DNA of 64,000 nucleotides from an uncultured Pseudobdellovibrionaceae bacterium (GTDB lineage Bacteria; Patescibacteriota; Minisyncoccia; Moranbacterales; GCA-2747515). Shown in pieces: positions 39,262 to 48,550 of the stretch; positions within the stretch are counted from its first letter, which is position 1, and each line of letters opens with the position of its first letter. The position numbers and the translations under genes are program-made. The DNA lies in assembly GCA_964463705.1 (NCBI GenBank), contig CAYXCH010000006.1, positions 32,576 to 96,575 on the forward strand, in the 5' to 3' direction. Below the pieces are notes generated by a model, which saw only the letters and a list, made by a program, of their open reading frames with translations, made no database searches and was not told where the DNA came from.

Positions 39262-40087
39262 ATCGTTTGAGTATATGATTAATAATATGGTTTGCAACAT
39301 TAATTCCGGTCGCCGACTGAAATGCTTCCCATTGCGGGGGAATATTTACTTCCAATACCAATGAATCACTACCACGTTTGATTAAGTCAACACCCGAAAT
39401 ATCATATCCAAACAACTTATGTGCTCGTAATGCCAGCGCCTTTTCCTCTTGTGATAAGTCATACTCCTCAACCTTTCCGCCGAGGGACGCATTGGTGCGA
39501 AAATCTCCTTCATTAGCATACCGCTTAATCGCCCCGAGTACCATATCACCAACCACAAACACACGGATATCGTAGCGAAGCGGAACATATTCCTGAGCCA
39601 AATACCCTATCGGATGTTCTCGCAAAAACTCTAAGGCCTGTTCTTTCGTTTCGTATTTGTTAACACCCTGTCCTTTCTGTGCTTGTTCTGGCTTCAAAAT
39701 AATTGGTGTATCTAACTTAGACAAAACTCGCTTCCACTGTTTCCAGCTTCTGGCATAAACAGTTTTCGGATGCGGAATATTATTTAACTTAAACTGTAAT
39801 GCTTCATAAACCTTCGTAGGAATATACGAACTGGCAAGCACCGTATCAATAACCAATTTATTCTTTATATGTAAATTATAAGCAAGTAACTGTGCAAAAA
39901 CAACAGATTGATTAAATCCCCTGAATATATAGATATCGTGTTGAAAAAATTCCTCCTCGTCCATCGTATCAACGGAAAATGCGATATCCGATATATTATA
40001 TACCACAACCGCAAACCCTCGGCGTGATATTTCTCGCACCAACGATTTTGTGTTAAATGTGTCCGGACCGATAATTGCGAATTTCAT
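39236..40087 (-). CDS. RimK-like ATP-grasp ligase
   Basis: ILKPEQAQKGQGV and YDIRVFVVGDMVLGAIKRYANEGDFRTNASLGG, the classic RimK signature. Confidence 0.75.
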   Translation of the reverse strand: MKFAIIGPDTFNTKSLVREISRRGFAVVVYNISDIAFSVDTMDEEEFFQHDIYIFRGFNQSVVFAQLLAYNLHIKNKLVIDTVLASSYIPTKVYEALQFKLNNIPHPKTVYARSWKQWKRVLSKLDTPIILKPEQAQKGQGVNKYETKEQALEFLREHPIGYLAQEYVPLRYDIRVFVVGDMVLGAIKRYANEGDFRTNASLGGKVEEYDLSQEEKALALRAHKLFGYDISGVDLIKRGSDSLVLEVNIPPQWEAFQSATGINVANHIINHILKRYEKAYRIS

Positions 40088-40096
40088 AAAATATTT

Positions 40097-41512
40097 TTAC
40101 TTACTCACATCAACCAAAAACTTGTAAAGGTTGCGTTTTCCGATAATCATCGGATATTTGAGCTTACTGCGGTCTACAATATTAACTTTTGCCACAATGC
40201 GTACTCCATCCATAATGAACGCCAGTTTTACAACCGGGCGAATCGTTGCGCCACTGGAAGAAAACACAACGGCAACATCTTCCAACTCCGGAATACACTG
40301 CCCGTATCGCTGCATAATACGCGACTTAATTTCACCCTCTCGTTCCGGCGATAACACACTATCGCCGTAATCAATACGATCAAATGCATCCAGTGTTTCA
40401 CCAAATCCCAACTCCCGTGCCAGCGCACGATCAATGGAGGTGGAGTATGCACCGGTGTCAATTTTTGCACTAACGGTGCGTTCGGTACCGTTTCGTCCAA
40501 TCAATGTTACCGTTTCTATGGATCCGATTACACGCTTTCCGGTTGTCTGCTCCACCGATTCCTCAACTTCTCCGCCAAAGAGGTCTTTACCGACACGAAC
40601 ACCGTGCGCAACACTCTTGATTGTTACACCGCTTACTCGTTCCAATCGCTCTTTTAACGGTGCCATATTGGCAATCTGAATAGACAACCCGGGTCGTGCA
40701 TTTAACTCCAAAAATACCGGTCCGCGCTCACGATCAATTACCACATCCGCTCCCAAAAATCCCAACCCGCTCGCCTCCTGCGCCTTCACCGCCAATGTCA
40801 AAATCTCATCCCATTGCGGAATTTTAATACCGGAAAGTAACATACGTGTCCCCGGCGCATATTCCACAATCCGCCCCTTTCCTTGAATTGCCGTAGTTGT
40901 TACTCCCGTTGCCATATCAATTCCGACACCAACACCTCCAAGCTGTAAATTCGCCTTCCCTCCACTCTCACGTGTAGGAAGCCGCAACATTGCCATTACC
41001 GGAACACGATTGTACACGATAATGCGCAGATCCGGAATTCCCCGATATGCATAGGGACGGAACAATTTCAACAGCGTTAACCGCTCTTCAATCAATACCG
41101 TGTCGGATACTCCGGATAACGCAAACGCTCCTTCCACAATATTGTAGCAGTGTGCGGCAATATCTTGTGCGGTAACAATACTCCCATCCGCCTTCACCCA
41201 AGCGTCATGCATTCCCTTCTTTCGCCCGAATACCACCACAATACCGCCACCGCCAAACCCGCGATTTGGCTTGATAACAAATGATTCCGGAAGACTGGAG
41301 TAATCAAATGTACGGACATCGTCATAAGTGCGCAGCGTGGCGATGCGTGTCGGCGTCGGCACACCGGCGCGCGATAATACGTCCTTGCTGAGAATTTTAT
41401 CATCGGCAATACTGCGTGCGGCGGATAAATTCAACGGTCGCACATACGTTAAGTTGCGCGCATTCATTCCCAGGATCCGGTGCGCGTTTCGCACCATCCG
41501 TAATATGTTCAT
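40097..41512 (-). CDS. RimK-related ATP-grasp ligase fused to a C-terminal retropepsin-like (DTG) domain
   Basis: ATP-grasp part: FVIKPNRGFGGGGIVVV ... DLRIIVYNRVPVMAMLRL...GGKANLQLGG. C-terminal part: TVSAKIDTGAYSTSIDRALARELG, with an aspartyl-protease D-T-G-A motif. Confidence 0.7.
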   Translation of the reverse strand: MNILRMVRNAHRILGMNARNLTYVRPLNLSAARSIADDKILSKDVLSRAGVPTPTRIATLRTYDDVRTFDYSSLPESFVIKPNRGFGGGGIVVVFGRKKGMHDAWVKADGSIVTAQDIAAHCYNIVEGAFALSGVSDTVLIEERLTLLKLFRPYAYRGIPDLRIIVYNRVPVMAMLRLPTRESGGKANLQLGGVGVGIDMATGVTTTAIQGKGRIVEYAPGTRMLLSGIKIPQWDEILTLAVKAQEASGLGFLGADVVIDRERGPVFLELNARPGLSIQIANMAPLKERLERVSGVTIKSVAHGVRVGKDLFGGEVEESVEQTTGKRVIGSIETVTLIGRNGTERTVSAKIDTGAYSTSIDRALARELGFGETLDAFDRIDYGDSVLSPEREGEIKSRIMQRYGQCIPELEDVAVVFSSSGATIRPVVKLAFIMDGVRIVAKVNIVDRSKLKYPMIIGKRNLYKFLVDVSK

Positions 41513-41516
41513 ACAC

Positions 41517-42209
41517 TTACTTCATGCGCATCAGTACATCGCGGAAGCGAATGTACTCGGAAAATCGCAATCCCGTCCATTTACCTACGATAATATTCAG
41601 CGGAATTACCAATAATACACTGTACGGGTGCGCAAATACAAACATTTGGATAGCGCGAGATGACAGCAATGCATGTCCCAACAGTGCCACCACCAACGTC
41701 TCCACCGCCAATAATATCGCCGTCTTTGTTCCTTTTTCAATTTGTACCGCCACAAACTTCTCCGCAATCATCACCAACACAATCAACGGAAACACGTAAA
41801 TGGTGGCAAACCCGGTTCGCTGAAAGTATGCTCCGATTACCAACACCGCCAAGGTTGTAAATGACAATAACGTCATGGTAATCGCTACGCGCGGAAGGTA
41901 CAAAATTCGCACATGGCGCAGAACGGCACGGGAGGCAATGCCCACAACAATCACCGCAATATAAATGGTAATCCCGTACCGCAAATCATATAACATGTCT
42001 CCCAACGCAAACCCGTCATAGCGTGCGTCACTGATCATATAAAACACCAGAGCAATAATGGAAGGGGTGTAAATTCCAAATGCCTTAATTCCAATCACCT
42101 GACGCAGAACAGCCACCAGTGTCGCCACCAGCGGAAACAATAACAAAAGCAGCACCGTTTGGTCCGGAATTCCCAAATAAACAATGATATTATTGATCAT
42201 CGGATGCAT
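41517..42209 (-). CDS. Polytopic membrane protein co-transcribed with the RimK-retropepsin gene
   Basis: Six to seven hydrophobic helices. Only 4 nt separate it from the downstream ATP-grasp gene. Confidence 0.5.
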   Translation of the reverse strand: MHPMINNIIVYLGIPDQTVLLLLLFPLVATLVAVLRQVIGIKAFGIYTPSIIALVFYMISDARYDGFALGDMLYDLRYGITIYIAVIVVGIASRAVLRHVRILYLPRVAITMTLLSFTTLAVLVIGAYFQRTGFATIYVFPLIVLVMIAEKFVAVQIEKGTKTAILLAVETLVVALLGHALLSSRAIQMFVFAHPYSVLLVIPLNIIVGKWTGLRFSEYIRFRDVLMRMK

Positions 42210-42230
42210 AATTGCAGTATACCAAAGAAA

Positions 42231-42716
42231 CTACATTTGCACACTGTTACGCATGGCTGCATGGCAAATAGCTACCGCCAATGCATCCGCCGCATCGTCC
42301 GGAGTCGGTAAATCGGAAAGGGTGCAAATTTTTTGCACCATCAGTTGCACTTGGTGTTTTTGCGCCCGCCCATGTCCCGTCACCGACTGCTTTACCTGCG
42401 AAGGAGTGTATGCGTCAATGGAAAGATTAGCATTGGCACACGCCGCCAGTAACACCCCGCGCGCCTGTGCAACGGGAATTACCGTTGTATGATTTTTCGC
42501 AAAAAACAACCGTTCCACCGCCGCTTCCTGCGGAGTGTACCGTGTAATAATCTGAGCAATATCTCGGGCGATTTCCGCCAACCGCTGCGCGTCGGATAAT
42601 ACGCTGTCCGTGGTAATACAACCATGCGCAACATGATGAATACGGGAACCATCCGCATCAATCACTCCCCAGCCGACAATCGCCGTCCCGGGATCAATAC
42701 CTAAAATTCTTGTCAT
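42231..42716 (-). CDS. ruvC: Holliday junction resolvase
   Basis: MTRILGIDPGTAIVGWGVID N-terminus with catalytic acidic residues. Confidence 0.9.
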   Translation of the reverse strand: MTRILGIDPGTAIVGWGVIDADGSRIHHVAHGCITTDSVLSDAQRLAEIARDIAQIITRYTPQEAAVERLFFAKNHTTVIPVAQARGVLLAACANANLSIDAYTPSQVKQSVTGHGRAQKHQVQLMVQKICTLSDLPTPDDAADALAVAICHAAMRNSVQM

Positions 42717-43426
42717 GATACTGTCGTAAACACCTCTTGCACATCATCACAATCTTCTATTGCCGCGCGCAATTTTTCATACGCCGCCGCATCAGCATCA
42801 TTTAACACAGTCTCTTGTGTCGGAACATACGCAATGCGTGCGTCCACCACCGTTGCTCCCTCCGCTTCCAACGCCTCTCGCACCCGATGCAAATCTGACA
42901 CCGCCGTTGTAACAATCATCGTCTCTCCTTCCATCTCAATATCCTGTGCCCCACTTTCAATCGCCGCCAATTCTATACGTTCCGTATCATCCGCCGTTAC
43001 CGCCAACTGTCCAACATGAGAAAATTGAAACAATACACCGCCACCGGACACAAATTTTCCACCATTTTTCTTCAATGCCGTTTTTACATCCGTCAGCGTA
43101 CGATTTGTATTATCCGTGGCACAGACGATAACAAACGCACTTCCTCCCGGTCCCATTGCCTCATACACAACCTCCTCAATCCGCGCACCATCACCACCCT
43201 CACCGGTTCCGCGCGCAATCGCCCGCGCAATATTATCCTTGGGCATATTAATTGCTCGCGCCTTCTCAATCGCCATTTTCAATGATGCGTTCATTTCCGG
43301 ATCTCCGCCGCCATGTTGAGCCGCCAGCGTAATCGCTTTTGCTGCAACAGTAAACAACTTCGCGCGCTTTGCGTCTTGCGCTCCTTTACGATGCTTAATA
43401 TTCGCCCATTTACTGTGTCCCGCCAT
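42713..43426 (-). CDS. yebC: YebC/PmpR-family transcriptional regulator
   Basis: MAGHSKWANIKHRKGAQDAKR N-terminus. Confidence 0.9.
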   Translation of the reverse strand: MAGHSKWANIKHRKGAQDAKRAKLFTVAAKAITLAAQHGGGDPEMNASLKMAIEKARAINMPKDNIARAIARGTGEGGDGARIEEVVYEAMGPGGSAFVIVCATDNTNRTLTDVKTALKKNGGKFVSGGGVLFQFSHVGQLAVTADDTERIELAAIESGAQDIEMEGETMIVTTAVSDLHRVREALEAEGATVVDARIAYVPTQETVLNDADAAAYEKLRAAIEDCDDVQEVFTTVS

Positions 43427-46079
43427 ACAATTCTTTCTTACGTTGATTCTGTGTATTCATCATACCATGATTTCTTAATATCGCTGCCGCATAAAGTGCT
43501 GCGGGGTCCGGCATTTGTGCGGGAAGTACCGCCGCTCTCCCCGTTCGCGGAATTAGCTCTGTTGTTGGGTATGATATCGGGCGGGGTGATAGGGTGGGTA
43601 CAATTCGCGTCATTATCACTCGTATGTTCTCCCATACCGTGGGAACAACAACACCCGCATCATGCACTGTTACCACCTTCGCTCCCGCCACACGCGGCGC
43701 GTTGGGAACACCAAACTCATTATCCCATGCACGGGCAATTATCGCTGATACATCGGGGGTGGCTATGGCACGTGCGAATTTCCGAGATGCAGATGATTGT
43801 ACGGTGTTTACTGCAGAAATATCCCAATACCACCCGCTGTCATGAGCTCGCCGGCGATACACCGCTCCCGACGGAATTGTTGTGGTATTAGCGGGCGGCA
43901 TGTACCGCACCGTATACGCCACACTGTCATCCGGACGACGCAATTGAACAATTCCACCGGCATTGGGAAGTGTAAATGCACTGTGACGCGAAACGATGTG
44001 CTTCTCTTCCCCATCATGAAGAACGATACGGCGACGAAACGGGTGGCGTGTCAATTGTTTCATTGTTGTGCCGGTTGCGATACTCCATCCGCGTAAATCC
44101 ACACGCGCATCAGAAGTATTTTTAATGACAATATATTCCGTTCCCGTATCGGCACCCGGTGGATTTGGCGCTACAGCGCGAATCTTTACAGCATGACGCG
44201 GATAGGTACGTACACGCACCACCTCCGTTTGTACCGTCTCCTCACTACCGTCTTGAATGCGAAGATGTACCGTATACGTACCGGTGCGTTTATAGAGATG
44301 AGACGTTTTTGCGCGATAGCTACGATGACCATCTCCAAAGTCCCAGCGATATCGCAATGCATCTCCATCATCATCTGTCGCCCGAACGGAAAATGATGCA
44401 CGAACATTGCGATAGATCGTGTCCGGAATATTCACCGACACGATCTGCGGGCGCGCATTAAACATGTTTGCCGCACCCGGTGTGCGCTTCTTGCTCCACC
44501 GATACGCTCCCTCTGTTGTACGGTTAAGCGATGCACCTTCGGGGGCACTGCGGGAAAACTCCACCGTATCCACTATCGTTTCCCCGCCGTCTTCCGTTGG
44601 AGCGGATAGTGTCACACGCTCTGCAGAGTTATTTAACGCAAAGCCGAATGTACGGCGTGAAACAACCATCAATGACTGTGGCATAAGCGTTGTGTGATCA
44701 TCAAACACATAACGTGCGCCGGACACATCACTCAATACCCAGGCATGCAACGATACGGCACGGTTCTCCATATTGTACAACTCAATATATTCTTCCGCCT
44801 GCTCATCACCGGACGGATTGGGATACAATTCATTGATAACAACGCGCGCTCCATCATAAGATGGTGGGCATTGCACTGTTCGTAAGATTGGATGTGTACA
44901 TCGCCGAGCTATTGTTGTAGTACCGTTTTCATGCGCAACGTATTCCTCGTTCCCGGGGTTTCGCACCGGTGTCGCACCAAACGGATCACGCAATGCATCG
45001 CCCCATGCCACTGCATCCACTACCACTCGTTTATCATCCAGTAGTGCAATACTGTTGTTGGGAGAAAGTCGAGCGGACACACTTGTATTAACACCGTCGG
45101 CACGGGAAGCATAGCGGCTGTCAGCGGGAGCATAGATAAATTGTTCCCCGGAATGTAACACCGTATCTCCGAATGTATACACTTTCGTACTGGTGCTCAA
45201 ACGAGTTACTTCACCGTGTTGCGATCGGGTACGCTTACGCAAATACCAGCCATGTAATGACACATCACACTCCGTAATATTTCTTATTATTACCGAATCA
45301 TTTTTTGTGCTATCCGCATCTCCGATTGTCACTGCGACAATGCGAACAGCGTGATCATCACAAGATGATTCCTCACTCTTCACGTTATCAGGTGAACTAT
45401 TATCCCCTACATTATTGGGTAAATTATTATCCTTTGTATTGGTATTTATTTCATCAGACGTTGTGGATGATGACTCCACAGTATTCATTGGTGATGAGTC
45501 TGATGGTGTATTCTGTTTTGGCTGATTTGATGGTGCGGTATCAGGTGGTGACACATCATTACTGAGTGATGCATCATCAGTGGATGACGTGGCAGAAGAT
45601 TGTGTAGACACAGTGTTATCTTCCGCTAAATTATTTTCTACATCAGAAACAACAGCAGTATCGGATACCGTTTCCGAACTTACCGCATTAGATGAGGTGT
45701 CGGATGAGGAGGATGGTGATTGTTCAAGAGGTGCAGATATTGCCGCTCGATCGTCGGAGTGCTCCGTGGTGGAAGAAGTGGTGCCGGATGTATTGGAAAT
45801 ATTCGTTTCGTGATATGAGGAAGGATTATCCGGTGATATATCAAGTTCCTTTTCCGTAGATGATGATTGTATGGATTGATTAGTGGGTATTTCCTCCGAT
45901 GCAACATCATCAGAAGGTGATACCTCACCGTCGGAAGATAACTCTGATGGAACAGGAGTATCTTCGGACAACTCCTGCGCTTTTACATACAGGGTACTAC
46001 CGCCAAATATTACCACCCCATATAACACACCAAGCCATAACAATCGCCCATACCCTCTCTCACTGTCGCGTCGTTTCAT
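43410..46079 (-). CDS. Large secreted/anchored protein with Ser/Thr-rich region, three lamin-tail-like (LTD) domains and a PKD-like domain
   Basis: Signal anchor (LLWLGVLYGVVIFGG). LTD-like motifs (NELYPNPSGDEQAEEYIELYNMENRAVSLHAW; VAPNPPGADTGTEYIVIKNTSDARVDLRGW; TIGDADSTKNDSVIIRNITECDVSLHGW). PKD-like motif (RYRWDFGDGH). The start is probably MKRRDSERG at 46079. Confidence 0.6.
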   Translation of the reverse strand: MKRRDSERGYGRLLWLGVLYGVVIFGGSTLYVKAQELSEDTPVPSELSSDGEVSPSDDVASEEIPTNQSIQSSSTEKELDISPDNPSSYHETNISNTSGTTSSTTEHSDDRAAISAPLEQSPSSSSDTSSNAVSSETVSDTAVVSDVENNLAEDNTVSTQSSATSSTDDASLSNDVSPPDTAPSNQPKQNTPSDSSPMNTVESSSTTSDEINTNTKDNNLPNNVGDNSSPDNVKSEESSCDDHAVRIVAVTIGDADSTKNDSVIIRNITECDVSLHGWYLRKRTRSQHGEVTRLSTSTKVYTFGDTVLHSGEQFIYAPADSRYASRADGVNTSVSARLSPNNSIALLDDKRVVVDAVAWGDALRDPFGATPVRNPGNEEYVAHENGTTTIARRCTHPILRTVQCPPSYDGARVVINELYPNPSGDEQAEEYIELYNMENRAVSLHAWVLSDVSGARYVFDDHTTLMPQSLMVVSRRTFGFALNNSAERVTLSAPTEDGGETIVDTVEFSRSAPEGASLNRTTEGAYRWSKKRTPGAANMFNARPQIVSVNIPDTIYRNVRASFSVRATDDDGDALRYRWDFGDGHRSYRAKTSHLYKRTGTYTVHLRIQDGSEETVQTEVVRVRTYPRHAVKIRAVAPNPPGADTGTEYIVIKNTSDARVDLRGWSIATGTTMKQLTRHPFRRRIVLHDGEEKHIVSRHSAFTLPNAGGIVQLRRPDDSVAYTVRYMPPANTTTIPSGAVYRRRAHDSGWYWDISAVNTVQSSASRKFARAIATPDVSAIIARAWDNEFGVPNAPRVAGAKVVTVHDAGVVVPTVWENIRVIMTRIVPTLSPRPISYPTTELIPRTGRAAVLPAQMPDPAALYAAAILRNHGMMNTQNQRKKELYGGTQ

Positions 46080-46680
46080 CACTCTTTTGTCCCACCTCTT
46101 TGCCGATTGATTCCTGATACGCCTCTCGCTGGCGCTGTACAAGCATTGCCTTAATTGCGTACGGATCGGGAACACGACGAAATAAAAATCGGGAGTGTTC
46201 CGCTGCCGTTTGTACTTCCACATCTCCAAAATTCAATAATGTCGGAATAAATCCGCGTACTTTTGTTGTTACATCCTGTACCGTATGAAAATGCAATTCA
46301 CTGACATGACGAGAAAATAATCCTTTTTGTTCAATATTAATCACTCGCTGATCCGTTACCACCCATACGTCCAGCCAGTAATCAATCCAGATAATAAATC
46401 CATAAAACCATAGCCATATCAGTATGACACTGTTAACAAACAATACTGTCCACAATGACAGTCCATTTAACTCAAATACGCGAATGATTTCTTCCGCCAT
46501 TATAATGCTGATTAATTGCAATATCACAACCACCGCAATCAGCGCATAGTGCATCGTAATATCAAACCAGTGCCGATGAATCACCCAAAGAATCTTCTCA
46601 TCATCTCGCTGACCCGAAAAATGATAATGAGAAAAGTCCTCAAAGTCATGTGTTACAATACCGCGAAATTTATGTGTCAT
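46060..46680 (-). CDS. Membrane protein with bacterial PH (bPH_2/YdbT-like) domain
   Basis: Two TM helices followed by WVVTDQRVINIEQKGLFSRHVSELHFHTVQDV, typical of membrane-flanked bPH domains. Confidence 0.55.
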   Translation of the reverse strand: MTHKFRGIVTHDFEDFSHYHFSGQRDDEKILWVIHRHWFDITMHYALIAVVVILQLISIIMAEEIIRVFELNGLSLWTVLFVNSVILIWLWFYGFIIWIDYWLDVWVVTDQRVINIEQKGLFSRHVSELHFHTVQDVTTKVRGFIPTLLNFGDVEVQTAAEHSRFLFRRVPDPYAIKAMLVQRQREAYQESIGKEVGQKSDETTRQ

Positions 46681-46685
46681 AGGAT

Positions 46686-46946
46686 TTAAAATTTCGTATC
46701 AAATACACCGGGCGCGCGATTATACTCTTCTCGCAACATTTGCACACCCTCTCGTGCCGATGATATCGCAAATACAAACAATACAATTTGAATCACCACC
46801 AACACTACCGTTATCATCGAAAAAAAACGAATCGCTGTCCGTGCCAAGTCTTTATTGATTGTGTATGTTTTCAAGTGGTAAATAATTACCCATACAATCA
46901 CCCCATACACAACAAGAAGAAATGGAAATGCCAAAAATATCATCAT
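46686..46946 (-). CDS. Small two-TM membrane protein
   Basis: 86 aa with two hydrophobic helices. It overlaps the ruvB stop by 4 nt. Confidence 0.35.
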   Translation of the reverse strand: MMIFLAFPFLLVVYGVIVWVIIYHLKTYTINKDLARTAIRFFSMITVVLVVIQIVLFVFAISSAREGVQMLREEYNRAPGVFDTKF

Positions 46947-48001
46947 AGACGTAATCGTGTTCGCATTTCATGATACCGTGGAGGAATCGATTTGTCCAAA
47001 TGTGAAAATGCTCGTTCCAATACAACGCGCCCGCGCGGTGTTCGCATTAAAAATCCACATTGGATCAGATACGGTTCATATACTTCCTCCAACGTGTACA
47101 CTTCCTCTCCCAATGCCGCCGCCAATGTTTTTACTCCCACCGGCCCCCCACCAAAATCATCAATGATTTTTGACAATAACGCCCGATCCATCGCTTCCAA
47201 ACCACTGTGATCAATTTCCATTAACTCCAATGCAGCATCCACCACATCCTCTGTTACCGATGTTGCATTGTGCGCTTGCGCAAAATCCCGCACTCGCCGC
47301 ATTAGCCGATTAGCAACACGTGGCGTCCGACGAACACGCTGTGATAGCGCCCGTATCGCCGCCGCCTCCATCTTCACTTCCAATAATCGCGCACTTCTGG
47401 CAATAATCTGTTCCATTTCCTCCTCCTCATAAAATGCCAGCCGGTACACACTCCCGAACCGATTGCGTAACGGATTGGATAATGCGCCCATCTGTGTTGT
47501 CGCACCAATTAACGTAAACCGTGGCAACTCCAACTGCACACTGCGCGCTCCCGGACCCTTACCGACAATCAAATCAATCACTCCATCCTCCATTGCCGGA
47601 TACAACACCTCCTCCACTGTCTTACGAAGACGGTGAATTTCATCAATAAACAACACATCACCATCGGAGAGATTGGTTAATAATGCTCCCAAATCTCCCA
47701 CACGCTCAATCGCCGGACCACTTGTTACCGTAATTCCCACATTCATCTCCCGAGCGATAATATGCGACAGTGTTGTTTTTCCCAGCCCGGCACTTCCGTA
47801 AAACAACATATGATCAATAACATCTCCACGGGACTTTGCGGCGTCAATAACAATCTTAATATTGCGCTTAATGGATTGCTGCCCGATATAATCTCGCAAG
47901 TACTGCGGGCGCAGTGCGCGATCAATATCATCGCGCTTTGTCGCATCCACCGCTCTCGTTCCTGTATTATGTGATGTTTGATGTCCGATATCAATGGCCA
48001 T
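46943..48001 (-). CDS. ruvB: Holliday junction branch-migration ATPase
   Basis: AAA+ Walker A GSAGLGKTTLS, Walker B VLFIDEIHRL, sensor and winged-helix regions. Confidence 0.9.
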   Translation of the reverse strand: MAIDIGHQTSHNTGTRAVDATKRDDIDRALRPQYLRDYIGQQSIKRNIKIVIDAAKSRGDVIDHMLFYGSAGLGKTTLSHIIAREMNVGITVTSGPAIERVGDLGALLTNLSDGDVLFIDEIHRLRKTVEEVLYPAMEDGVIDLIVGKGPGARSVQLELPRFTLIGATTQMGALSNPLRNRFGSVYRLAFYEEEEMEQIIARSARLLEVKMEAAAIRALSQRVRRTPRVANRLMRRVRDFAQAHNATSVTEDVVDAALELMEIDHSGLEAMDRALLSKIIDDFGGGPVGVKTLAAALGEEVYTLEEVYEPYLIQCGFLMRTPRGRVVLERAFSHLDKSIPPRYHEMRTRLRL

Positions 48002-48059
48002 AAACTTGACAAAAAATCATTGATGTGTTATTTTACTACGTTGTACCTTGAGGTTGGAA

Positions 48060-48240
48060 GCGATGGGAATTCTGCAGAGGCGTTGACTGCCCTATCTTTT
48101 CAGTCAACGTCGCGGTCACTTGACTGTCCAGATCGGGTGGGGTGGGCAACACAATCGTGTTGTGCTGCGCCATACCTCGACTCAGTGACCCCGTGTTCGG
48201 TAACGCGACACATTCATCTGCAGAATTCTCATCGCTTTTT
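48060..48240 (+). ncRNA. Candidate ~180-nt structured RNA (6S-like architecture?) antisense to the dciA-ruvB intergenic spacer
   Basis: A 21-nt closing stem (GCGATGGGAATTCTGCAGAGG pairs with CATCTGCAGAATTCTCATCGC, 2 mismatches) encloses internal hairpins (CGTTGACTG/CAGTCAACG and CAACAC/GTGTTG). TTTTT follows. An upstream TTGACA, 17 nt, TATTTT promoter-like site lies at 48006..48034. Confidence 0.3.
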
Positions 48241-48241
48241 A

Positions 48242-48550
48242 TTATACACCAGTTTGCGCGACAACGCGGCGCACAACGGTTGCGTGACATGTCGTATTGA
48301 CATGCTCACACAACGCCGCCCGCGCCATCCATAATTCTTGCGCCCATAGCGCATCCGATACCGATACAATCAATACACCCGTTCGCAACGCTGTTACTCG
48401 CATCGCCGCCGCACCGCGACGACCATACTCTCGCTCAATATACCGTTGCGCAATATATATAACCGTCTTTTCATCCGGTACGCTACCGGACTCCGACGCA
48501 GTGGAGCGCCGTGACGCAAAGCGATCGGAAGAAATCGTTAGCTTTTTCAT
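48242..48550 (-). CDS. DUF721/DciA-like protein (putative replicative helicase loader)
   Basis: GVLIVSVSDALWAQELWMARAALCEHVN matches the DUF721 pattern (L.V.V.SS.WAQEL......L...N). It lies immediately downstream of dnaN. Confidence 0.55.
   Translation of the reverse strand: MKKLTISSDRFASRRSTASESGSVPDEKTVIYIAQRYIEREYGRRGAAAMRVTALRTGVLIVSVSDALWAQELWMARAALCEHVNTTCHATVVRRVVAQTGV

Noticed and set aside
48066-48233. GAATTCTGCAGA and TCTGCAGAATTC (EcoRI-PstI polylinker-like strings) looked like cloning-vector contamination
   Set aside because: Flanking sequence does not match any common vector polylinker context. The two strings are the arms of a longer imperfect 21-bp inverted repeat that closes a structured element, which fits native sequence.
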